Source: a virus
Lineage: Duplodnaviria; Caudoviricetes
Direction: 5' to 3' (one strand)
Length of the DNA: 60,958 nt
Virus record (IMG/VR): IMGVR_UViG_3300045996_002303
Location: 1 to 60,958 of that record
Shown: positions 37,481 through 45,858 of the stretch, one piece after another
Layout: the number at the start of each line of letters is the position of its first letter
Position numbering within the stretch: position 1 is the stretch's first letter
Notes under the pieces: generated by a model
Database searches by the model: none
What the model was told of the DNA's origin: nothing
What the model saw: only the letters and a program-made list of their open reading frames with translations
Position numbers and translations under genes: made by a program

Positions 37481-38641
37481 TTATTGCTCTGTGGAAGGCG
37501 GTGGTGTGGTTGATGAGGTAGCCCATGCCGTCGTACACTCTTTATCCACCTTGCGGTTGGTAATTTTATAATAGTTGTCAACGCATGTCTTTAAGGTAAT
37601 ACCCATCAATTCCGCGCATGTCTCAGCACTGATCCCCTGCTCCGCGCACATTGTGATAGCGAACGAATGTCGGCCGCCATGCGTCCCAATCTTTTTGCCT
37701 GGCAGTAATTGCTTCAGCGTCCGGTTCATCTCCTGCTCTGTGATCTTCAGCCTGCAATTCCTCACGCGGTCGAGGTGCTGGGCCAGCCTGCCAATCACCG
37801 GCATGGTCACCCATTCGCCGTTTTTCTTAGCTCTTATATATAACCGGTTTTCTTTAATGTGCTTATTGAAGTCGAACTGATACCAGTCGGAAACCCGCAG
37901 ACCGGTATAGGCACCCAGTAAAAAGTATGTCGCGGTTTGTCTTACCGTTGCATTGGTGGTTGTATCGGCGATCTTTTCCAGGCCGTCAAGCTCGGTAAGG
38001 GTTAAATAATCCTTCCTCGGCGCCTCATAGACGGGATTCTCGTAGGTATCGAATGGATAGCTGGTAATTACACCCCGCTTTTTTGCAGCGTTAAAAAGGG
38101 CTTTTAAGTTCTTCCAGATGTTATGAATGTAGTTACCGCTGAAGTTCTTTGCTCGCAGTGCAGCTTCGAATTTCACCAGGTAGTCGTGGGTGATTTCCTC
38201 GAAGGTCAGGGACTTAGATCCGTGGTAGTCCTCGATGATCTTCATGTACTTCTTATACTGCCGGTGGGTGCCTGCACTCCTTTTGTGATGCACCTCTTTA
38301 TGATACGCCTCCGCAAAGTCGAACAGGTTATGCAGGTCGGTATTGTTGGCAACCAACAGCTTTAGAGCGGAGGCCGTGATCTGCAGCCCCTTGACCTGGT
38401 GATCGACGATGACCTTGATAATTGCTTGCTTTCGGCTGGTGATGTCCGGGTTGATCAGCGCCGCCTGCAGGTGAGCCGGCCGGACCTGTTCAGCTTTTTC
38501 ATCCCAAAACTTTTTGTCAATGAAGTGGCCGGTTGATATGTAGGACTGCCGACGATTAACGGTTATTCGGATATAAATCGGAAATTGGCCTTTGGCATTA
38601 GCCTGGTGTTTGTAGAGTATCAACACGACGGAGTATTTCAT
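37481..38641 (-). CDS. int: Tyrosine integrase (Bacteroidota type)
   Basis: Arm-binding PIYIRITVNR, SAM-like domain, TGLRVSD, HGGRHSFA, C-terminal catalytic Tyr region. Confidence 0.93.
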   Translation of the reverse strand: MKYSVVLILYKHQANAKGQFPIYIRITVNRRQSYISTGHFIDKKFWDEKAEQVRPAHLQAALINPDITSRKQAIIKVIVDHQVKGLQITASALKLLVANNTDLHNLFDFAEAYHKEVHHKRSAGTHRQYKKYMKIIEDYHGSKSLTFEEITHDYLVKFEAALRAKNFSGNYIHNIWKNLKALFNAAKKRGVITSYPFDTYENPVYEAPRKDYLTLTELDGLEKIADTTTNATVRQTATYFLLGAYTGLRVSDWYQFDFNKHIKENRLYIRAKKNGEWVTMPVIGRLAQHLDRVRNCRLKITEQEMNRTLKQLLPGKKIGTHGGRHSFAITMCAEQGISAETCAELMGITLKTCVDNYYKITNRKVDKECTTAWATSSTTPPPSTEQ

Positions 38642-38652
38642 GGCAGTTGGTT

Positions 38653-38895
38653 TACTACTACAATACTAATACAAAAAGGGCATATTTAATGACCGAGGCG
38701 TGCGGAGTGGTGCGGAGGCGTTCTGCTGAAACCTTTACCAGACGTGCATTTAAGCGAAAACCCGCCACTAGAGCGGGTTTGATAAAATACGTTAAGTGAA
38801 CCGGATTGGATTCGAAGCTACTTTTATACTAAGTTCATTATCAAATACTTCTAAACGGTTAAATAATCCTTACTACTACATAATTAATACAAAAA
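38653..38895. other. attP: tRNA 3'-end core (38796-38816) flanked by arm-type repeats (38653-38677, 38871-38895)
   Basis: Minus strand TTCGAATCCAATCCGGTTCAC equals a T-loop plus acceptor 3' strand; TACTACTACA-N4-TAATACAAAAA occurs on both sides. Confidence 0.75.
38757..38780 (-). terminator. Terminator downstream of the attP tRNA fragment
   Basis: AAACCCGC/GCGGGTTT stem. Confidence 0.65.
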
Positions 38896-38929
38896 CCGGT
38901 CTTAAATCATTTTCCCCGACCTTCGCGCC

Positions 38930-39184
38930 ATGCCCGGCAAGAAACAAAACACCTACTACGAATCTCCTTACGCCAAAGACCTGGTTAAAATTATGGAGGC
39001 CGGTAAAGGCCCGTACACGCGCAGCATGCTGGCTGAGGAACTGGGTAAGCTGCATCCAAAAATGTACTGGCAAGAATTAATGAATGAGATCAGCGGGGCG
39101 ATGTTGATGGATAAGCTGTCCAAGGCTGGAAGGTTTAAGTCTGTGAGGCATGGGTGGTATGGGCTGGCGGGGCGGGAGTATTGA
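38930..39184 (+). CDS. Small winged-helix-like protein
   Basis: Helical core, ends FKSVRHGWYGL. Confidence 0.55.
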   Translation: MPGKKQNTYYESPYAKDLVKIMEAGKGPYTRSMLAEELGKLHPKMYWQELMNEISGAMLMDKLSKAGRFKSVRHGWYGLAGREY

Positions 39185-39766
39185 GACAAACAGAGCCCTA
39201 CCCTGGCAACCCCTTTGTTACCGGTTTAGCCTGCCAACTATATCTGCCAACCCCTTCATACATCTTAGTGAGAAAAATCACTGGCAATTACTACCAAATG
39301 AGCAGATGTACTAAGCGAATGCAAATTTTCTATATTTTTCGCATACGCAAAACAGATATACGCTTTACATAAGACAGAACTCAATTTTCTGGTTGCCTTT
39401 GTGACCGGGTTGACGGCTCTGAGGGTCATTGCCCGGGTTAGCGTTTGTTGACATCGAAACTTTGAGATTGTTGGCGCGCAATTGCCACCCGGTCAAAGAC
39501 CTTAAAAACACCGGGCATAAAAAAGCCCACAAGTTGTGAAACCTATGGGCGCGCCAAAAATTCAAAAAATAAACCGAGGGATATTGTACATGCAATATAG
39601 ACAATTTTAACATTGGTGTATTTTTATGAATTTTTTGGCACCACTAATTTCGGCTAATATTCTTAGCATATAGCCATTTTTTTATGCACACGATTACCAC
39701 AATGTTGATAAAATTGACCCTTATCAACTATTTAGTTTCGCTGCGAAATACTTCTTATATTGCCAC

Positions 39767-39967
39767 ATGGCAAAGATTGTTATTGATACAAAGAAATGGG
39801 CGACCGCAAAAACTCTCGCTAAGGAAAACGGGTGGGACAATAAGAAGAACTACACTCAGCGGGTAACAACAATGGTCGGCCGGTATGGAATTAAAACATG
39901 GACTATCGAGGAACTTGATGTAAGGTTAATTGATCGTGATCAATTTAATAAGCATCTGACAAAATAG
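39767..39967 (+). CDS. Small putative DNA-binding protein
   Basis: First ORF of a rightward cluster. Confidence 0.55.
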   Translation: MAKIVIDTKKWATAKTLAKENGWDNKKNYTQRVTTMVGRYGIKTWTIEELDVRLIDRDQFNKHLTK

Positions 39968-40029
39968 ATTTGTTTCGTAACGAAACGTTACCTATCTTCG
40001 ATATATCAATCACTCAAAAACTTGCAATT

Positions 40030-40284
40030 ATGAACACTCCCCAAACTCTCGCCGACCTGAAACATTTTCAAAATGTATTCGCTGTTGATACCGCCAGCGT
40101 TGGTATTCAAAGTGAAGCATCGCGAGTATTTAACGAAAAGATGGGTGAAGATACTTTACCCGGCAACGTTAAGACTCGTTTCCTTTTTGCGGAGAATGAC
40201 AGCGAAGGCAAACAGGTAAAAGTTTATGAAGCGTATAAGGATTCAGGTAGCGAAGATTATATATACTTGACTGCAAAACTTTAA
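40030..40284 (+). CDS. Hypothetical protein
   Basis: ATG at 40030 after AT-rich leader. Confidence 0.55.
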   Translation: MNTPQTLADLKHFQNVFAVDTASVGIQSEASRVFNEKMGEDTLPGNVKTRFLFAENDSEGKQVKVYEAYKDSGSEDYIYLTAKL

Positions 40285-40340
40285 TCCGGTTTTTTAATCG
40301 CACCAGGGGCTTCGGCCCCGTAGGAATTAAAACAAAAGTC

Positions 40341-40547
40341 ATGAATAATCAAAAATTCCAAACCTGGGCTACTGAAATAAAAAAAGATTGGACTGCTGGC
40401 TATAACGCAACGGCTACAGGCGAATCGTTGCAGGTTACTTTCAACTCCGAAGAAGTTGCACGGATCGACTACAATAACGGAAGATACACAGTAACGGGCA
40501 ATGATAAAGAGGCCGTAGGCCAGTTGGAATGGATGGTAGCCCGTTAA
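40341..40547 (+). CDS. Hypothetical protein
   Basis: Bounded by repeated intergenic elements. Confidence 0.55.
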   Translation: MNNQKFQTWATEIKKDWTAGYNATATGESLQVTFNSEEVARIDYNNGRYTVTGNDKEAVGQLEWMVAR

Positions 40548-40620
40548 TATCTTTAACCGCACCATGCCCTACGGGGCTTAGGAATTTAACTCACCGCCCT
40601 CGGGCACAAACCTATAAGCC

Positions 40621-40833
40621 ATGTCAAAACTCATTACAACGAAGATTTCAGGCTCTGGCACTCGGTCGATATATACTGATAACGCAGACGTTGACTTTTT
40701 CGAATCTGTCAAAACCGCTGCCGAAGAACTTCAAAAAACTAATCTTCATTACGCAGAGGTTTGCTTATTCGACGACGAAAACGACGAGTACGACAAAGCG
40801 GTAAAGAAGGTTGAACTAATGCGGCATAAGTAA
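40621..40833 (+). CDS. Hypothetical protein
   Basis: Rightward cluster ORF. Confidence 0.55.
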   Translation: MSKLITTKISGSGTRSIYTDNADVDFFESVKTAAEELQKTNLHYAEVCLFDDENDEYDKAVKKVELMRHK

Positions 40834-40869
40834 CAAATTTCAATTAAACAACCGGCGGGGAGGCCGGGA

Positions 40870-41085
40870 GTGATGAATACCAAAATTACCCACGAACGCT
40901 GTGAGCGCTGCGGAGAAGTGCTTAATCAGAAAAATATTAAATGGTTTGAGCATTCAAATACGGATGGCAATTATTACAATGCGAGCCATTTGCCTAGTGG
41001 GCATATATCGCAGGGTTTATTCCCATTTGGGACAGCTTGCGCAACAAGGCAGTTGAATGAAACAATTGGAAAACTAAAAGCATAA
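40870..41085 (+). CDS. Small zinc-binding protein
   Basis: CERC...SQGLFPFGTACA. Confidence 0.55.
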   Translation: MMNTKITHERCERCGEVLNQKNIKWFEHSNTDGNYYNASHLPSGHISQGLFPFGTACATRQLNETIGKLKA

Positions 41086-41117
41086 AACCGCCCGCCGCTA
41101 CGGTAACGGCGAAGGAG

Positions 41118-41360
41118 ATGAGGGAATATTCGGATAGAGAAAAGTGGTTTATCGAACGCATCGGCAAAGTGGTTTACCGAAACGCAACATCATGTAGATG
41201 CGATATATGTAAGAACGTAACGGTTAACGGGCTTATTATCGCCGACCACAATCACGCATTGTATTTATCTGAAATAGAAGCCGAGTATAATTTGGATAGC
41301 CATCCACTGAGGTATTGCGATACGAAAGAGGAGGTAACCGAATTTATTAACCAATTATGA
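41118..41360 (+). CDS. Hypothetical protein
   Basis: CxCxxC motif. Confidence 0.55.
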   Translation: MREYSDREKWFIERIGKVVYRNATSCRCDICKNVTVNGLIIADHNHALYLSEIEAEYNLDSHPLRYCDTKEEVTEFINQL

Positions 41361-41596
41361 AACGACTCACGATTGCCATACTTGCATTTGTTATATCTTC
41401 TTGCGGCACCACAAGAATAAGACCCGATACCGAAGCAGGTAAAAAGCTCTGGCGGCTGGATACATGTATAGTTGATATCGATACGCCAATTTGCTTATAC
41501 CAACAAGGTAAAGACAGTTATGTATACCGAAAGGACACCTGCTATTATCACAACAAGAACGGGTTTACAGCGATCTTTGTAAGAATAAAAAATTAA
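41357..41596 (+). CDS. Putative lipoprotein
   Basis: MKRLTIAILAFVISSC lipobox. Confidence 0.65.
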   Translation: MKRLTIAILAFVISSCGTTRIRPDTEAGKKLWRLDTCIVDIDTPICLYQQGKDSYVYRKDTCYYHNKNGFTAIFVRIKN

Positions 41597-41663
41597 CCAC
41601 GCCGGATAGCAATTCCGGTTTCCCGTAAATCCACCCCGCCATCATCCACTACCTTAGCATTCT

Positions 41664-41888
41664 ATGGGCAAAAAATTATCATCAATGACCTGGGACGACG
41701 TTCAAAAAGAAATGAGCGTAGCGGGTAGTCCTGAGAAGATAACGCAGTTGGGGCGGGATATTGAGGTGCTGATAAGCGCTAACCTCGATGCAACCAACCG
41801 GGCTGAGTTTACTAATATCGAGTTCATGCTGAAGCGGTTGACGGCAGAGGTGAGATTGTGGGGGAAGATGTATGATAGTTCACATTAA
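41664..41888 (+). CDS. Hypothetical protein
   Basis: Rightward cluster ORF. Confidence 0.5.
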   Translation: MGKKLSSMTWDDVQKEMSVAGSPEKITQLGRDIEVLISANLDATNRAEFTNIEFMLKRLTAEVRLWGKMYDSSH

Positions 41889-41914
41889 AAAAACACGCCG
41901 GTGGGCGAAAGAGT

Positions 41915-42349
41915 ATGACAGTCGCAGAACAAAAAGTACATGACATAATTAAAGACGGCCAATCAGGTAAGTATAAAGGGTTTGTTCGATCGTATACGGG
42001 CCGCATAACCCAAATGGTTAAACTTAAGAACCCGCTTGATGGGCATCTTATTGTAACAGACATTGATCGAATACTCGAAATAATCGACCCCGAACTGAAG
42101 GGAGAAATAGACTGGCTGAAACGATTGCAATTAGCTGTCAAGGAGTGGTGCAATGAAAAGGTTATTACGAACCGGTTGCTGGGGATCAAGAACGATAACG
42201 AGTATGATATGTCCGTATTTGAAGATGTTGTCAGAGAAAAGTTTTTCTATCAGTTGAAAGAGAAGCCGAAGCCCGGCGCTGTAGTTGAAACGGACTTTCA
42301 AACAATGGTCGAGCTTGTTGAAATGGGAGCCCGCCGGTTCCGACATTAA
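41915..42349 (+). CDS. Hypothetical protein
   Basis: Rightward cluster ORF. Confidence 0.55.
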   Translation: MTVAEQKVHDIIKDGQSGKYKGFVRSYTGRITQMVKLKNPLDGHLIVTDIDRILEIIDPELKGEIDWLKRLQLAVKEWCNEKVITNRLLGIKNDNEYDMSVFEDVVREKFFYQLKEKPKPGAVVETDFQTMVELVEMGARRFRH

Positions 42350-42353
42350 CAAT

Positions 42354-42407
42354 AAAGCCCCGACTTTCGCCGGGGCACCCAGTCCGCTACTGCGGGTTAA
42401 AAAAAAT
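42354..42407. terminator. Hairpins between convergent operons
   Basis: GCCCCG/CGGGGC and ACCC-AGT/ACT-GGGT stems next to A tracts. Confidence 0.5.
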
Positions 42408-42441
42408 ATTAGAGGTTATTAGAGATTTATTAGAGGAAATA

Positions 42442-43002
42442 TTAGAGCCCCACCCTACTCAACCAGCTCGTCAAAAATATCTCCTGACTTGGATTCGCCT
42501 CACAAATTCCAATGTACTTTGCGCCCTGCAGCGCGTTCAATAGTTTATACACCTGCTCCTGCCGGGGATGGCCATTCAGTGTGGTAATCGTTACAGGCCC
42601 AATGTTGCCATCAACCTGCAAGTCGGGGTAATCTTTGCCGTTTCGATTTGACACGTTTAACGAGCGCTGCAAGAACAATGCCGCTACCCCCTGCCCCATG
42701 TTGACGGACGTGTCGAATAGTTCATTGGCAATCTTCTGATTATTCACCTGATCGAGTTTCAGGTGATCCCAAAATTTGACCTTGTAAAACGATTCAACGA
42801 GATCCTGCAGGCCTGCTATGCTATGCAGGTTCGCCGGGAAGTCGCCTTGCTTCGCCTTGTCAACCAATACCCAGCCAGGCCAGTCGGGGTGCTTCTTACG
42901 TGCAATCCCTTTCCAGGTTTCGCCGCCGGTGTCGTTGACGTGGTTTGCATACCCGCCTTCATGGGCCATTGTTATTTTGTAAGCCGTTTTGAAGTCTGCC
43001 AT
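42442..43002 (-). CDS. Endolysin, glycoside hydrolase family 108 with peptidoglycan-binding domain
   Basis: HEGGYANH..DTGGETWKGI, FDTSVNMG, VDGNIGPVT, WLSRV. Confidence 0.92.
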   Translation of the reverse strand: MADFKTAYKITMAHEGGYANHVNDTGGETWKGIARKKHPDWPGWVLVDKAKQGDFPANLHSIAGLQDLVESFYKVKFWDHLKLDQVNNQKIANELFDTSVNMGQGVAALFLQRSLNVSNRNGKDYPDLQVDGNIGPVTITTLNGHPRQEQVYKLLNALQGAKYIGICEANPSQEIFLTSWLSRVGL

Positions 43003-43205
43003 CGCTTTTGTTTCAATTTATCTTTAAATAATTGCAAAGGGTACACATGTAGTCGGCCGAAGCCTTCAAGATCAATATACCCCAAACTCATGTCCCGCGG
43101 AGTAGCGCCGTTTTCGTCAGGCCATTTAGTATAGTCGCTCGCCTCTTCTTCAGCCGCAAAGGCGCAATACTTGCGATCAGGCAAGTAGTTGTTGGTAATG
43201 ATCAT
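42972..43205 (-). CDS. Hypothetical protein
   Basis: Coupled ORF in lysis region. Confidence 0.45.
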   Translation of the reverse strand: MIITNNYLPDRKYCAFAAEEEASDYTKWPDENGATPRDMSLGYIDLEGFGRLHVYPLQLFKDKLKQKRWQTSKRLTK

Positions 43206-43702
43206 ACTTTCTCAATTTTAATTGCAATTGTATGCGGGGCTGAACTGGTTCCGCCAAAGTACGGAGCCAACCGGTAACACAACCGCTTTTCATGGTAATG
43301 ATCGACGAATGCCGAGCCCGCCGGTACTGTTTGCCCAACCTCCAACACCTCGAAATAGTAACAGGTCGCTAGCACTTTCAACTTCATCACGTACTCCTTG
43401 CCGATCTCGCAAAAGCCCACATGCTGAATCACCCGCCTACCATTGACATAACAATAAGCGCTTATCTCGATCTCCCTGCGTTCCGTCCAATACCGCCAGC
43501 TGAAACGTGCGGAGTTCTTATGATGATGCGGCAGGTAACCAATGCCGACGAGCTTGTTTGTGTCGAATTGATCGTCATTCTGTAGATCATACCGGCATGA
43601 TTCATCGAACTTCACCACCCATGTGAATGAAGTCTTTGCCCACCATAACCATGGTCGCCAGGGCCGAGCGCGGTGTTTACCGGATGGGATGCGGAAGATC
43701 AT
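43202..43702 (-). CDS. Hypothetical beta-rich protein
   Basis: NSARFSWR, PYFGG motifs. Confidence 0.6.
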   Translation of the reverse strand: MIFRIPSGKHRARPWRPWLWWAKTSFTWVVKFDESCRYDLQNDDQFDTNKLVGIGYLPHHHKNSARFSWRYWTERREIEISAYCYVNGRRVIQHVGFCEIGKEYVMKLKVLATCYYFEVLEVGQTVPAGSAFVDHYHEKRLCYRLAPYFGGTSSAPHTIAIKIEKV

Positions 43703-44001
43703 GAGTTCGACAATGCGACTATGAATATTTCAACTACCAGCGCAATGCCACCCCATGCCCAAAACGGGTTAAGCTGTTGCCCTTCGCGACCTTTTCCCGT
43801 CAACGGCTTTCTCGCATTGTATGCGCCTGCAAAGATGGCTGCAGACACTAACGCGAAAACCGGCGCTAATACCCATGCCCAAAACTTGCCATGCTGGTCT
43901 ATGTAATCGAGAAACCACACGTTCCATACAATAACCGGCAGGAATAAAGTGATTAAACCGCCTATGATGCCGATAAGAAAAAACTTTAAGTCTGAGTTCA
44001 T
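43699..44001 (-). CDS. Membrane protein with three TM helices
   Basis: Hydrophobicity pattern; lysis region. Confidence 0.6.
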   Translation of the reverse strand: MNSDLKFFLIGIIGGLITLFLPVIVWNVWFLDYIDQHGKFWAWVLAPVFALVSAAIFAGAYNARKPLTGKGREGQQLNPFWAWGGIALVVEIFIVALSNS

Positions 44002-44015
44002 ATAAATTGTTTTCG

Positions 44016-44468
44016 TTAACTAATAATTTTTTTTCTTCTTCCTGTTTGCTTATACTTACCATTATATAATACTTTTTCTACGGGAAGCCCCCGCTTAATT
44101 CTTGCTTTTAAGGCCGGAGCGGTTAGCCCGAGGATGTCAGCCCATGCCTGCACGCATTTAGTTTCCCCATCCTTTGTAATTAAGAAATTGCTTCGCCTGT
44201 TCCTTAGGTTCGTAGTGTAAGTAACATACCGACAGTTATTCGGACTATACCCTTTGTTATTATCTATCCTGTCTAACGTTAATCCTTTCGCCCATCCGTT
44301 ATTAATAGCCCATGTGTAAAATTTTATAAAACCATATCTCCATTCATCACATACATTAATACCCCTTGCTCCATAATTTTCATATCCCTTATAGATCGGG
44401 TTATAACACCTTTGTATCATAGAGCTGTGCACTTTGTATAAAGGGTGTTTAGAAAGACCATGATTCAT
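44016..44468 (-). CDS. HNH-type homing endonuclease
   Basis: HGLSKHPLY..MIQRC..YGARGINVCDEW..LDRIDNNKGYSPNNCR. Confidence 0.85.
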   Translation of the reverse strand: MNHGLSKHPLYKVHSSMIQRCYNPIYKGYENYGARGINVCDEWRYGFIKFYTWAINNGWAKGLTLDRIDNNKGYSPNNCRYVTYTTNLRNRRSNFLITKDGETKCVQAWADILGLTAPALKARIKRGLPVEKVLYNGKYKQTGRRKKIIS

Positions 44469-44531
44469 AATAACCGATTTTAAAAAAGAATTTTCAAAGA
44501 GTATTAAATCTCATGGCGTAAAATTGCGCCG

Positions 44532-45173
44532 TCATTTCAACACCGCAGCCGCCCCGCCTACTAACCCGAGCAGCGCCGCTATTTTGGTTTTTAACTTCTC
44601 CCTTTTGATCGTCTTGCGCGCTGCAGTATAATCAGCAAACAAAGTCTTGTATGCTTCCATCAGTGCGTCATATTGCCGCTTCAGTTCATCGTATAGCTTG
44701 CGCCGGGCTTCGAGTGCGGTTATATAGTCCTCGTTCTGGCTGTCCATAATACCGGTTAAACTATCGCTATAACTTTTATATTGCTCGTATAAGAAGGCAA
44801 AACTCTGCGCCTGTTCGGCGAGGCTGTCGCACTTATGCGCGAATTCCGACGTGTCGCCTCTGCGCAGCTCCTTAACCTCTTTAGCCAGCCTGGTTGAAGT
44901 AGCTGCGTATTTGTCTGCCTGAATTTGCGTTGCCTTTTTCTCGGCCTTTAACGCAGCAATAACACTATCCTTTGCCTTCGCTGATTCAATCAGTGTCTTG
45001 ATATAAAGTAGCGTTGTCGCCTCATTCTCCTTGAATGCTTTATTCTCCGCGACCACCCGGCTATAATCGTCGTTGTGGCTGTCGGGCAGTGGCTTATCGC
45101 GTAGGAGGAAGTAGAGCAGGAGAAATACCCCTGCGGCAAAAAGTGTTATTATTAACAAATTATACTTTTTCAT
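44532..45173 (-). CDS. Membrane-anchored coiled-coil protein (spanin-like)
   Basis: N-terminal TM, long coiled coil, hydrophobic C-terminus; lysis region. Confidence 0.5.
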   Translation of the reverse strand: MKKYNLLIITLFAAGVFLLLYFLLRDKPLPDSHNDDYSRVVAENKAFKENEATTLLYIKTLIESAKAKDSVIAALKAEKKATQIQADKYAATSTRLAKEVKELRRGDTSEFAHKCDSLAEQAQSFAFLYEQYKSYSDSLTGIMDSQNEDYITALEARRKLYDELKRQYDALMEAYKTLFADYTAARKTIKREKLKTKIAALLGLVGGAAAVLK

Positions 45174-45553
45174 TCGCCGTCTTTTTTGGTCACACCATCG
45201 GCCACGTTGGTCTTGTGGTCAATGATGTTCATAATATATTTCTTTGCCGCGCTACCTTTCGACACAACTATTGATGAGCCCCATGCGCCGAAACCACAAA
45301 AGAACCATTTGGTATAATCCACTATAACCGGTTTCCAGTGGGTCAACTGGTCGAGGCCAATAACCAGAACCGCCCCGATTAACTGGGTGCCGATAATAGT
45401 ATTCCAGTCAGAACGCCAATAACGGTTCCAACTAAAGTCCTCGTTTGCCTTCGCATACAGTCCGCGGATCTCGGGTATCTTAAATAAAAACAAATCTATT
45501 GCTTGCCCGAGAATATACATCGCAACGCATTGTAGGTATAGGGATAGTGTCAT
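45170..45553 (-). CDS. Putative holin
   Basis: Two to three TM helices, charged C-terminus. Confidence 0.5.
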   Translation of the reverse strand: MTLSLYLQCVAMYILGQAIDLFLFKIPEIRGLYAKANEDFSWNRYWRSDWNTIIGTQLIGAVLVIGLDQLTHWKPVIVDYTKWFFCGFGAWGSSIVVSKGSAAKKYIMNIIDHKTNVADGVTKKDGE

Positions 45554-45554
45554 A

Positions 45555-45809
45555 TCAATTTCGTTTTAATGAATCATATGTGATCTCTTCCTCTGGCTTC
45601 ATAGGGACATTCTGGTATACCCGCAGCTTTTCAATTAGGCGTTGATCTGTCATAATATCAACCTTCGCCTGTAATGCCGGAACAGTTTGCATGATCTGCT
45701 TTATATCCTCTCTCATATCCTTGACAAGAAAACAAACAATAGCTATTAATGCCCTTGTCACCCATTCGAATGCCTGTGCTTTTATACTCTTTACTGCGTC
45801 CTGCTTCAT
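45555..45809 (-). CDS. Small membrane protein (holin/antiholin-like)
   Basis: One TM helix plus coiled coil. Confidence 0.5.
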   Translation of the reverse strand: MKQDAVKSIKAQAFEWVTRALIAIVCFLVKDMREDIKQIMQTVPALQAKVDIMTDQRLIEKLRVYQNVPMKPEEEITYDSLKRN

Positions 45810-45858
45810 TCATATCTTTTGTCAGGGTTGGTTAATGTATAGGATAGGGTCAATAGTT

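Noticed and set aside
37165-37581. 138-aa minus-strand ORF after integrase
   Set aside because: Overlaps int and a convergent gene; composition is not protein-like
38796-38816. Complete tRNA gene
   Set aside because: Only the T-loop and 3' acceptor strand are present; the 5' half is absent
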